Below the pieces are notes generated by a model. That model searched no databases. It was not told the DNA's origin and saw nothing but the letters and a program-made list of their open reading frames with translations. Of a stretch of DNA of 64,000 nt, positions 7,245 to 14,955 are shown in pieces. How positions within the stretch are numbered: the stretch's first letter is position 1; the number at the start of each line of letters is the position of its first letter. The stretch is taken from positions 1,940-65,939 of the forward strand of contig CAMDEX010000003.1 of assembly GCA_945897075.1 (NCBI GenBank), read 5' to 3'. Made by a program: the position numbers and the translations under genes. Origin of the DNA: Litorilinea aerophila (lineage in GTDB: Bacteria > Chloroflexota > Anaerolineae > Caldilineales > Caldilineaceae).

Positions 7245-10200
7245 GTGTCAGGCAACCCAGCATTTGCCGTGGCCTATCTGCGCGTCTGCCTCTTCGGTGG
7301 GTTCAGGCTGTTCGCTGGAGAAGACACTATCTCCTCCCTGCAAGCCCCGCGCCTGCAATCCTTGACCGCCTATCTGCTCATCCACCGCGCCGCGCCCCAG
7401 AGCCGCCAACAGATCGCCTTTCGCTTTTGGCCGGAGACCAGCGACGCCCAGGCCCAAACCAATCTGCGCCAACTGCTGCACAGCCTGCGCCAGCGGCTGC
7501 CCAGGGCGGGCGACTACCTGCGCGTGGAGGAGCGCACAGCGGGCTGGCGCGGCGACGGCGACTACACGCTGGATGTGGCCGACTTCGAGCAGGCCCTGCT
7601 GACCGCCTCGCAGAGCGCAGGACAGGCCAAGATCGCCGCGCTGGAGCGGGCTGCAACCCTCTACAGCGGCGATCTGCTGCCCGGCTGCTACGACGAATGG
7701 GTCATCCCCGTGCGCGAACGTCTGGCCCAACGCTTTGTGGCCGCACTGGAAGAGCTTGTCCTGCTTTATGAAGAAGCGCGCAGCTACGCCCCGGCCATCA
7801 CCCTCGCCCAACGCCTGCTCCGCTACGACCCCCTCCACGAAGCCGCCTACCGCCATCTCATGCGTCTTTTGGCGTTGACCGGCGAACGCGCGGCGGCCCT
7901 GCGCGTCTATCACTCCTGCGTTTCGACGCTGGAACGGGAGCTGGACGTGCCCCCCAGCGCGGCCACCCAGGAACTGTATGAGCGTTTGCTGCGCGTGGAC
8001 GATATCCATACACCGCCGCGCAGCGCACAACTCCCCTTTGTGGGCCGAGAAAGCGGCTGGTCCGCGCTGCAAAGCCTCTGGCAGACGGCCAACCGGGGCA
8101 ACCTGCGTCTGGTCTGCATCGAGGGCGAAGCCGGGCTGGGCAAGACACGCCTGGCCGAGGAGTTGCTGCATTGGGCCGAGCAACAGGGCACCCCCACCCT
8201 GCACAGCCGGGTCTATGCGGCCGAGGGCGGTCTGGCCTACGCGCCGTTGGTGGAATGGCTGCGCAGCCCGGCCCTGCAACCGGCCATCGAACGGTTGGCC
8301 GCGGTCTGGCGCACGGAACTGGCCCGTCTGCTGCCGGAACTGCTCACGGCAGACCCAACGCTGCCCGCGCCCGAACCTCTGACTGAACGCTGGCAGCGTC
8401 AACGGCTTTTTGATGCCCTGGACAGGGCGATTGTGCCAGACGACCGCGCCCTGATTCTGGCCCTGGACGACCTGCACTGGTGCGACGAGGAGACGCTGGC
8501 CTGGCTGCTCTTTGTGATCCACCGCCACCCCCAGGCCCGGTTGCTGCTCATTGCCACCCTGCGCAGCGACGAATTGGTAAGCGACAGCCCCGTGGCGGAT
8601 TTTCTGCTGGAACTGCGCCGTCTCGACCTGCTCAGCGAATTGGCCCTGCCCCCGCTGGACGTGGCCGAAACCATTGCTCTGGCCGAAGCCATTAGCGAGC
8701 AAAAACTGGAGCGCGCCCAGGCGGAGCGACTCTACGCCGCCACCGAAGGCAACCCCCTCTTTGTCATCGAGACGATGCGCAGCCAGCCGAGCGGTCCGGT
8801 CAATTTCTCCAGCCCGCTGGCCCTGCCGCCCAAAGTCCACGGGGTGATCCGGGCGCGCCTGGCCCAGCTTTCCCAGCCCAGCCGGGAGTTGGCCGGGCTG
8901 GCCGCGGTCATCGGGCGCTCCTTCACCGTCGATCTGCTGGTGGCGGCCAGCGAAGAGAATGAGGAACGAGTCGTGGCTGGTCTGGACGAGCTTTGGCAGC
9001 GGCGCATTGTGCGTGTACAGGGCACAGACCGCTACGACTTCAGCCACGAGCGTCTGTGCGAAGTGGCCTACGGCGAAGTGCCACCGGCGCGGCGGCGTCT
9101 GCTGCATCGGCGGGTGGCTGGGGTGTTGGAACAACTGTACCCCGACGCGCCAGGCGCGGTCTGTGTTCGGTTAGCGCAGCATTACGAGCAGAGCGGATCG
9201 GTAGAGCAGGCCATCTTCTATTTGCAGCAGGCCGCGGTCGCTGCGCGTCAACTCTATTCCTATCGCGAGGCCATCGCCTATTTGGAGCGAGCGATCAACT
9301 TGCTCCGCTCCAAGCCTGCTGATGCCGCCGCTCTCGAACGCGAGTTGGAAGTGCAGATGGCACTCTGTCAAGACTGGACTGTCGTCACCAATCATCTGGG
9401 CGCAGAGGTCGAGGCTGCCTATCAACGGGCGCTCTACTTGTGCCGTCAGCTAGACGTTACCCCTCATCTGTTTACAGCCTATTGGGGATTGCACGAGATT
9501 GCTCTCTACCGGGGCGATTACACAGAAAGTTTGGAGCTTGCCGCCCACTGTTTGCGCATTGCGCAAGAGATGGGCGATCCGGGTCTGTTGCTGCAAGCCC
9601 ATCACGCCCTGTGGGCACCTTATCATTTTCTGGGCCAACACGCCCAGGCATTGGTCCATATGGAGGCCGGGCTTGCGCTCTATCAGCATCCTGCGCACGA
9701 AGCGCTCAGCCCCCATTACGGCTGGCACGATGCGGCCGCCTGCGCCCTGGAATTCGCGTCTCTGTCTCTCTGGCAGATCGGATTTCTTGATCAGGCCGCG
9801 CAAAGGCAGCAGCAATTGATCGAGCACGCCAATCGCTTGGCCCAGCCCGTGAACAGCGCCGACGGCTATGGATTTGCCGCGGTCGTCTACTATCTGTTGC
9901 GCACCCCAGCCTCGGCGCAAACCTATGCCGAGATGACTTTGCGCGCAGGTGTCGAGCGCGGCTATCCGGGAATACGCATTCTGGGCGCAATCTCTCTTGG
10001 TTGGAGTCTCGTCATGCAGGGCAGGCCAGGCGAGGGACTGGCCCTGATCGAGCAGGCCATTGAAGAAGACCAGGCAATGGGCCATCGTCTGCGGCAAAGC
10101 CAGAATTTTGTGATGCTGGCCGAGGCGTATCTGGCCGTGGGTCGCCCGGACGCGGCCATTGCCACTGTGGAGCGGGGCATCGACGCCTTTGTTCGCTACC

Positions 10201-10505
10201 GGGATTTGGTCTGCGCGCCGGATTTGTACACGCTCAAAGGCGACGCTCTGCTGGCTCTGGATAGGGCTGATACGGAAGTGGAGGAGTGCTATTACGCTGC
10301 GTTGTCCCTGGCCCAGGAGTTGGGCGCGAAGACGTCCGAGTTGCGCGCCGCGTGCAACCTGGCCCGTCTGCGCCAGCGCCAGGGCTACGCGGCGGAGGGG
10401 CTGGCCAGGCTGCGCACGATCTACGATTGGTTTACAGAGGGCTTTGACACGCCGGACCTGGCCGCGGCCAAAGAGTTGCTGGATGAATTGGCCGGGGAGA
10501 GGTAG
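7245..10505 (+). CDS. AfsR/SARP-family STAND transcriptional regulator (winged-helix + BTAD + AAA/NB-ARC ATPase + TPR)
   Basis: 1086-aa ORF. N-terminus LRVCLFGGFRL...QIAFRFWPE...NLRQLLHSLRQ plus BTAD (YSGDLLPGCYDEWV...RE.L). Walker A GEAGLGKT, Walker B-like LILALDDLHWCD, and a long C-terminal TPR-like helical region. Confidence 0.9.
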   Translation: MSGNPAFAVAYLRVCLFGGFRLFAGEDTISSLQAPRLQSLTAYLLIHRAAPQSRQQIAFRFWPETSDAQAQTNLRQLLHSLRQRLPRAGDYLRVEERTAGWRGDGDYTLDVADFEQALLTASQSAGQAKIAALERAATLYSGDLLPGCYDEWVIPVRERLAQRFVAALEELVLLYEEARSYAPAITLAQRLLRYDPLHEAAYRHLMRLLALTGERAAALRVYHSCVSTLERELDVPPSAATQELYERLLRVDDIHTPPRSAQLPFVGRESGWSALQSLWQTANRGNLRLVCIEGEAGLGKTRLAEELLHWAEQQGTPTLHSRVYAAEGGLAYAPLVEWLRSPALQPAIERLAAVWRTELARLLPELLTADPTLPAPEPLTERWQRQRLFDALDRAIVPDDRALILALDDLHWCDEETLAWLLFVIHRHPQARLLLIATLRSDELVSDSPVADFLLELRRLDLLSELALPPLDVAETIALAEAISEQKLERAQAERLYAATEGNPLFVIETMRSQPSGPVNFSSPLALPPKVHGVIRARLAQLSQPSRELAGLAAVIGRSFTVDLLVAASEENEERVVAGLDELWQRRIVRVQGTDRYDFSHERLCEVAYGEVPPARRRLLHRRVAGVLEQLYPDAPGAVCVRLAQHYEQSGSVEQAIFYLQQAAVAARQLYSYREAIAYLERAINLLRSKPADAAALERELEVQMALCQDWTVVTNHLGAEVEAAYQRALYLCRQLDVTPHLFTAYWGLHEIALYRGDYTESLELAAHCLRIAQEMGDPGLLLQAHHALWAPYHFLGQHAQALVHMEAGLALYQHPAHEALSPHYGWHDAAACALEFASLSLWQIGFLDQAAQRQQQLIEHANRLAQPVNSADGYGFAAVVYYLLRTPASAQTYAEMTLRAGVERGYPGIRILGAISLGWSLVMQGRPGEGLALIEQAIEEDQAMGHRLRQSQNFVMLAEAYLAVGRPDAAIATVERGIDAFVRYRDLVCAPDLYTLKGDALLALDRADTEVEECYYAALSLAQELGAKTSELRAACNLARLRQRQGYAAEGLARLRTIYDWFTEGFDTPDLAAAKELLDELAGER

Positions 10506-10515
10506 GGTATCCGTC

Positions 10516-11445
10516 TCACCCCACCGACGCCTGATACTCCTCCACTGCGCGTCGGGTTGTCATCCAATTGCGCCCGCGCTTGACCGCCTCCAACCGCCCC
10601 GTGCGCGCCAGCAGGCTCAGATATTCTTGGCTGTAGGGCGTTCCGTCTGCCGCCTCTCGCATGGAAATCCACTGCTCCTTTGCTGCTGGCGGCGCAGTGC
10701 GGGGTGTGCAAGCGTCCAGATAGAGAGTCAGGCTGCGTTCCACCGCCCGCCCTACGAAATTGACCAGCGCTGCGTCCTGATGGCTGTCGGCCTGGGCCAA
10801 CACCCGATAGTATTGTCCGCGGTTGTTCTGTTGGATGATTGTGGGCGGATAGCCCTCCTGCATCAGCAACAGATTCATCGCCAGCCGGGCCGTGCGTCCA
10901 TTGCCATCAATGAAAGGATGGATCGCCACCAATCGGTGATGGGCCAGAGCAGCCCGCGCCACCGGATGCAGGAGGCGGCTTTCGCCACCCAGCCAATCCC
11001 CCCATTCGAGCATCAACCGCTCGATCTCCCAGGCGTCGGGTGGTGTGAGAGCAGAACCAGCAATCCGCACAGGCAGGCGGCGGTATTGCCCGGCGCTGAC
11101 GTCGTCAATATGGGCCAACACCAAATGGTGAATCTGACGCACCACAACCGGCGTCAATGGCTGGTGATCTTCCACAAGTCCCTGGACAAAATGGATGGCG
11201 CTGCGATGGTTTGTCACCTCAAAATGCTCGCGCAGACTTTTGCCGCCGATGGTAAGACCCGTTTCCAGGATGAGCCGGGTCTCCTGCAGCGTCAGGGTGT
11301 TCCCTTCAATCGCGTTGGAATGGTAGGTCCACTCGATGAGTATTTCGTCTTGCAGCCGTTGCAGCGCTGCCGCTGGCAAAGGCCGCAGATCATCCAAAGT
11401 CTGCTTCTTCTTGTCAATTCGCTCTTGCAGTCGTTTTTGCAGCAT
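10516..11445 (-). CDS. Fic family protein (AMPylase-type) with C-terminal DNA-binding-like tail
   Basis: Fic motif HPFIDGNGRTARL. N-terminal inhibitory-type motif SNAIEGN. The last ~55 aa (WISMREAA...YLSLLARTGRLEAVKRGRNWMTTRRAVEEY) resemble an excisionase/MerR-type HTH. Confidence 0.9.
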   Translation of the reverse strand: MLQKRLQERIDKKKQTLDDLRPLPAAALQRLQDEILIEWTYHSNAIEGNTLTLQETRLILETGLTIGGKSLREHFEVTNHRSAIHFVQGLVEDHQPLTPVVVRQIHHLVLAHIDDVSAGQYRRLPVRIAGSALTPPDAWEIERLMLEWGDWLGGESRLLHPVARAALAHHRLVAIHPFIDGNGRTARLAMNLLLMQEGYPPTIIQQNNRGQYYRVLAQADSHQDAALVNFVGRAVERSLTLYLDACTPRTAPPAAKEQWISMREAADGTPYSQEYLSLLARTGRLEAVKRGRNWMTTRRAVEEYQASVG

Positions 11446-11464
11446 AGCTCACTTACACACAACC

Positions 11465-11507
11465 ATCGGTATCGGATAAGGCAGATTTTACTCTATCCGA
11501 TACCGAT
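11465..11507. promoter_or_regulatory. 14-bp perfect inverted repeat (candidate operator) 20-60 nt upstream of the Fic gene start
   Basis: ATCGGTATCGGATA-n15-TATCCGATACCGAT in the AT-richer spacer upstream of 11445. Confidence 0.5.
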
Positions 11508-11617
11508 AGGCAAGAATGGCTCGCCGCCACGCTTGACATTCACACGAATACTCTGTGTTATACCGGTCCGTTATGATAATCGATAGGTATAATTGATATG
11601 AATGCTTCATCAATTCC

Positions 11618-11905
11618 ATGGAAAAAGTGTTGGTGCTGGGGGAGTGCAAATGGGGTACGCAGCCCATTGGGCGCAGTGTGTTGACTGATCTGATCGACAA
11701 GACAAGCGAAATTGTGCCCGCAACTGGCAACTGGCAGGTCTATTACCTGGGCTTTGCGCGCGACGGCTGGACCGAACAGAGCCTGGCACTGGCGCAAGAA
11801 CTCACAACGACCGCACCGACGGGTAAAAACTGGCGGGTGCTTGGGATGAAATTGTTGGATTTGTCCCAGGTCGATCGGGATTTGGGCGCGTGGACTGTCT
11901 TGTAA
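11618..11905 (+). pseudogene. C-terminal fragment of a DUF234-type ATPase
   Basis: The 95-aa ORF (VLVLGECKWGTQPIGRSVLTDLIDKT...YLGFARDGWTEQ) matches only the C-terminal DUF234 part of ~450-aa ATP-binding proteins. The ATPase part is absent. Confidence 0.6.
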
Positions 11906-11906
11906 A
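11774..11906. repeat. 133-bp direct repeat, copy 1 (3' end of the DUF234 fragment)
   Basis: gaacagagcctggcactggcgcaagaactcacaacgaccgcaccgacgggtaaaaactggcgggtgcttgggatgaaattgttggatttgtcccag..gtcttgtaaa. Roughly 95 percent identical by eye to 12695-12827. Confidence 0.9.
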
Positions 11907-11945
11907 CAATTGAACGGTTTTACGTGGCAACAGTTTAGCCAGGGG

Positions 11946-12578
11946 CTATCGCCACGTTGCAGGACGCTGCAAAATGAATCCATCCGGTTTGACGACTTGA
12001 TCGGGAAACACGCTCTTGGACAGCACATCGCGACCGATGAAAGTGTACGCATGAGCAGCCTGTTTGAGCGCGTTTGAGGAACGGTCCGGTGGAAAAGTGA
12101 CTACAATCCGCTTTTGCTCAAAGAGTCGTTGCACTGTTTGGATCGGCCCTACCAGATCGCTGTCGGCGGAGACGATCAATGCAACGTCGAATTTGTCTTG
12201 AAAAGCATCGGACATCAGCTCTACAGCGATGTTTACGTCGGTCATCTTCTCGTGATAGGTTTGGTAAGTATGTCCGCAGTGCCTACAGATCACTGTGCCC
12301 GAAAGGTAGTGGCCGTAGTAAACTTCAACGCTGTCTAATGTCCTTAGAGCTTCTAGATAGATCGCTTGCCTTCTGTGCTTGTCAGCAGGATAGTTGACAA
12401 CGCTGGTGAAGTACTTGGTTGTGATCAACATTTGGTCGGGCTTTAACATGCCCCGCGCCATTTCTTGGATGTTGAGCCAGTAGAACCATCTCCAGCCTTT
12501 GGAGCGCAAGCCGTAATACAAGTTGAACCCGTCAATGTAGGCGACGACTCGTTTCACGAAGGTTTCCTTGTACTCCAC
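11946..12578 (-). CDS. NYN (PIN-like/LabA-like) domain protein with internal CxxC zinc-ribbon
   Basis: 210-aa ORF: VAYIDGFNLYYG...TKYF...CRHCGH...EKMTDVNIAVELMSDA...DVALIVSADSDLVGPI. Lower G+C than the flanks. Confidence 0.85.
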   Translation of the reverse strand: MEYKETFVKRVVAYIDGFNLYYGLRSKGWRWFYWLNIQEMARGMLKPDQMLITTKYFTSVVNYPADKHRRQAIYLEALRTLDSVEVYYGHYLSGTVICRHCGHTYQTYHEKMTDVNIAVELMSDAFQDKFDVALIVSADSDLVGPIQTVQRLFEQKRIVVTFPPDRSSNALKQAAHAYTFIGRDVLSKSVFPDQVVKPDGFILQRPATWR

Positions 12579-12694
12579 AAAAGAGACGACCCACCCTTGC
12601 GGGTGGGCGTCGGGCCAGAGATGCTATCTCTGGCGGGGTATTGATGCCATTGTATCACAATATCGGCAGCAGTCAACTTCTGATTGCTGTCACT

Positions 12695-12827
12695 GAACAG
12701 AGCCTGGCATTGGCGCAAGAACTCACAACGACCGCACCGACAGGTAAAAACTGGCGGGTGCTTGGGATGAAATTGTTGGATTTGTCCCAGATCGATCAGG
12801 ATTTGGGCGCGTGGGTTGTCTTGTAAA
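12695..12827. repeat. 133-bp direct repeat, copy 2 (other side of the NYN gene)
   Basis: Same sequence as 11774-11906 with a handful of substitutions. Together the two copies bracket the NYN gene. Confidence 0.9.
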
Positions 12828-12850
12828 ACGCATGCAATGGAAATGCTCCT

Positions 12851-13345
12851 ATGCTCCGTCTCGATTTTCTCCTGCGCCGGATCTTCACTTCTACGGTCGT
12901 CGTGGCTGGTGTCATCACACTCACCTTTTTCGTCACGCGCATGCTGGGCTTGGGCCTGGCCTGGTGGCCGCTCTACGCCGTGCTTGTGCGGGGAGATGTG
13001 GTGCGTCTGCGTGGCCTGCCCTTTGTGGAAGCGGCCCGCTCTATCGGCGCGTCGCCCTGACGCGTCGCCCGTCGTCATCTGCTGCCCAATGCGTTGGGGC
13101 CGCTGCTGGTGCAGGCGACTGTGGATGTGGGCGCGGTGATTCTGGTGGCCTCTGGGCTGAGCTTCATCGGGCTGGGTCCCCAGCCGCCCACTGCGGATTG
13201 GGGGGCGATGATTAACAGCGGGCGACAGTTTGTGTTGAGCGGAAGTTGGTGGGTGGCCGGTTTCCCCAGCCTGGCAATTCTGCTCACCGCGCTGGCCTTC
13301 GCCACGTTGGGGGATAGTCTGCGTGCGACAGCCGATCCTCGTTGA
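12851..13345 (+). pseudogene. chimeric ABC peptide-transporter permease remnant (OppB/DppB N-terminus fused to OppC/DppC C-terminus, with an in-frame TGA)
   Basis: MLRLDFLLRRIFTSTVVVAGVITLTFFVTRMLG is an OppB-type N-terminus. LRGLPFVEAARSIGASP*RVARRHLLPNALGPLLVQATVDVGAVILVASGLSFIGLGPQPPTADWGAMI...GDSLRATADPR is an OppC-type C-terminus. The two ORF-track pieces (12851-13060 and 13094-13345) share a frame and are split by the TGA at 13058-13060. Confidence 0.75.
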
Positions 13346-13398
13346 CGAATCCGACCCACTGAACATCGCGCATGTCTGATTCTGTCTTGACTTTTTTG

Positions 13399-13407
13399 TG
13401 ATATACT
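13399..13407 (+). promoter_or_regulatory. candidate extended -10 promoter element for the PIN TA pair
   Basis: TGATATACT, with TTGACT a little upstream (spacing is too short for a canonical -35). Confidence 0.3.
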
Positions 13408-13447
13408 CAAATCAATGGCAAAAACGCAATGGATGAAGGAGGAGAGA

Positions 13448-13726
13448 ATGAACTATAGCGAACGCGCCCTGCTCGTTACAGCGGTTGGCGATGACCGCAC
13501 GATTGTTTTGCCCGCCAGTATTCCCAGAGGAGCTACAATCGGGATTGTGGTACTGTCGAATCCTCCCGCACCGGAATTGAGCCGCAAAGCCCGTTTCAAA
13601 GCTGCGCTGGCCGAAATCGAAGCAGCCATTGTACACAGCGAACGCCAGCCGATCCCAGTGCTTCCTGACGCCGAGTTCAACGCACTGATCGAACACGCTC
13701 GTAAAGATTCAACTCCGCTTGAGTGA
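13448..13726 (+). CDS. putative antitoxin partner of the downstream PIN toxin
   Basis: ATG at 13448 preceded by GAAGGAGGAGAGA (the ORF track starts at 13415). Small acidic protein that ends 12 nt before the PIN gene. No named domain recognised. Confidence 0.55.
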   Translation: MNYSERALLVTAVGDDRTIVLPASIPRGATIGIVVLSNPPAPELSRKARFKAALAEIEAAIVHSERQPIPVLPDAEFNALIEHARKDSTPLE

Positions 13727-13737
13727 CAATACCCCAA

Positions 13738-14157
13738 ATGCGCATCGTTCTTGACACGAATCAACTGGTTCGTGCGTTGGCACGCCCACCTGAACTCGCC
13801 ACATTTGTGATGGCGTGGGCTTCTGCGCGCTTTACTGTGGTATGTTCTGATCAGTTGCTCGACGAATACGAGCAGGTGTTGCTCCGGGATTATGTGCGCG
13901 TGCTTGTTTATCCAGAGTCGGTGCGGGCATTTCGGAACTATCTGGTTGACGCGATTGAGATAATTGGTTTGGGCGCGTTTCCAGCCGTATGTCGCGATCC
14001 GGACGACGACAAAGTTGTTGCCACCGCGATACAAGGACAGGCCGATTACTTGTTGACGGCTGATGAAGACATTCTGGCCGATGAGGTAGCGCTGTTGTTG
14101 ACCCGGGCTGGCATCCGAATGATGACGATTGACGAATTGGTGGCGCGGTTAGGTTAA
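13738..14157 (+). CDS. PIN-domain toxin (putative toxin-antitoxin system toxin component, PIN family)
   Basis: MRIVLDTNQLVRAL...VVCSDQLLDEYEQVL...CRDPDDDKVVATAIQGQADYLLTADEDIL shows the typical PIN acidic residues. Confidence 0.85.
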   Translation: MRIVLDTNQLVRALARPPELATFVMAWASARFTVVCSDQLLDEYEQVLLRDYVRVLVYPESVRAFRNYLVDAIEIIGLGAFPAVCRDPDDDKVVATAIQGQADYLLTADEDILADEVALLLTRAGIRMMTIDELVARLG

Positions 14158-14173
14158 GGATAAGGAGTCAATA

Positions 14174-14410
14174 ATGACGCTAAGAACTACCATCTACTTA
14201 GATGACGACGTTGTGGAGCGAGTCCGTCGTTAAGTTCCCCCGCGCGGACTCAGCCAACTGGTCAATCAGCTATTACAACAAAGAGTGGCGGAGCTTGAAC
14301 AATCTGAAATTGAAGCGCAGATGCGTGAAGGCTATCTTGCCACCCGTGAGGATCGCGTTCTGTTGTCTGAGGAGTGGCGGAGCATCGACGGAAAAGGATG
14401 GCCGGCATGA
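14174..14410 (+). pseudogene. MazF-associated antitoxin gene interrupted by an in-frame TAA (codon 20)
   Basis: SD AAGGAG then ATG at 14174. Reads MTLRTTIYLDDDVVERVRR-TAA(14231-14233)-VPPRGLSQLVNQLLQQRVAELEQSEIEAQMREGYLATREDRVLLSEEWRSIDGKGWPA in one frame. Its TGA overlaps the mazF ATG (ATGA at 14407-14410). Confidence 0.65.
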
Positions 14411-14811
14411 ATCATCCGCAACGGGGCGAAATCTACTGGGTAAACCTGGACCCAACCATCGGCTCCGAAATCGCCAAGACGCGGCCCGCCGTAATTATTT
14501 CCAATAACGTCGGTAATCAATACGCCGAACGGGTCATCGTCGCTCCACTGACAACGGCCAATGTTGGCAAAGTCTACCCCTTCGAAGTGAAACTGGAAGC
14601 GGGTGAGGGAGGCATTGCCCAAACCAGCAAAGTTTTGCTCGATCAGATTCGCACAGTTGACAAGAGCCGCCTGGGGCAAAAGTGGGGATGCTTCCGGCAG
14701 CTCGTGATGCGATCCCAATCGTTTTGCGTCACACCAAAGGGGCCGTCACAGATGTTCAGATCAACCGAATTTTTGAGAACGCTGGACAACGATTCCAACG
14801 CGTCTCCTTGA
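14407..14811 (+). CDS. mazF: MazF/PemK-family endoribonuclease toxin whose native C-terminus is replaced (probably non-functional)
   Basis: MNHPQRGEIYWVNLDPTIGSEIAKTRPAVIISNNVGNQYAERVIVAPLTT...SKVLLDQIRTVDKSRLGQKWG is canonical MazF for ~95 aa. From about nt 14695 the ORF runs antisense through a methyltransferase gene fragment and loses similarity. Confidence 0.7.
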   Translation: MNHPQRGEIYWVNLDPTIGSEIAKTRPAVIISNNVGNQYAERVIVAPLTTANVGKVYPFEVKLEAGEGGIAQTSKVLLDQIRTVDKSRLGQKWGCFRQLVMRSQSFCVTPKGPSQMFRSTEFLRTLDNDSNASP

Positions 14812-14837
14812 TACATCTGATTTCGTTCCAGCTTCAT
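14705..14837 (-). pseudogene. N-terminal remnant of a DNA methyltransferase-like gene
   Basis: MKLERNQMYQGDALESLSSVLKNSVDLNICDGPFGV resembles the N-terminus of N4/N6 DNA methylases (..GD.LE.L..L...SVDLI.TDPPY), with a degenerate DPPY motif. It stops where it meets mazF. Confidence 0.35.
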
Positions 14838-14955
14838 CTTTTTGCTCCCTTCTGGACGCAACGGTTTAGAGCCAGTTCCCTTTCCTCTTCATCCTACACC
14901 CCCGAAAAGCATAAAACATACGTTCGTGATCGGCAACCTTCACTTCCGTATCGGA

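Noticed and set aside
13058-13060. In-frame TGA in the permease remnant as selenocysteine or another recoding event (likewise the TAA at 14231-14233).
   Set aside because: The gene is in any case a chimera missing most of both parent permeases. TGA and TAA are used as ordinary stops throughout the window, and no SECIS-like context was noticed.
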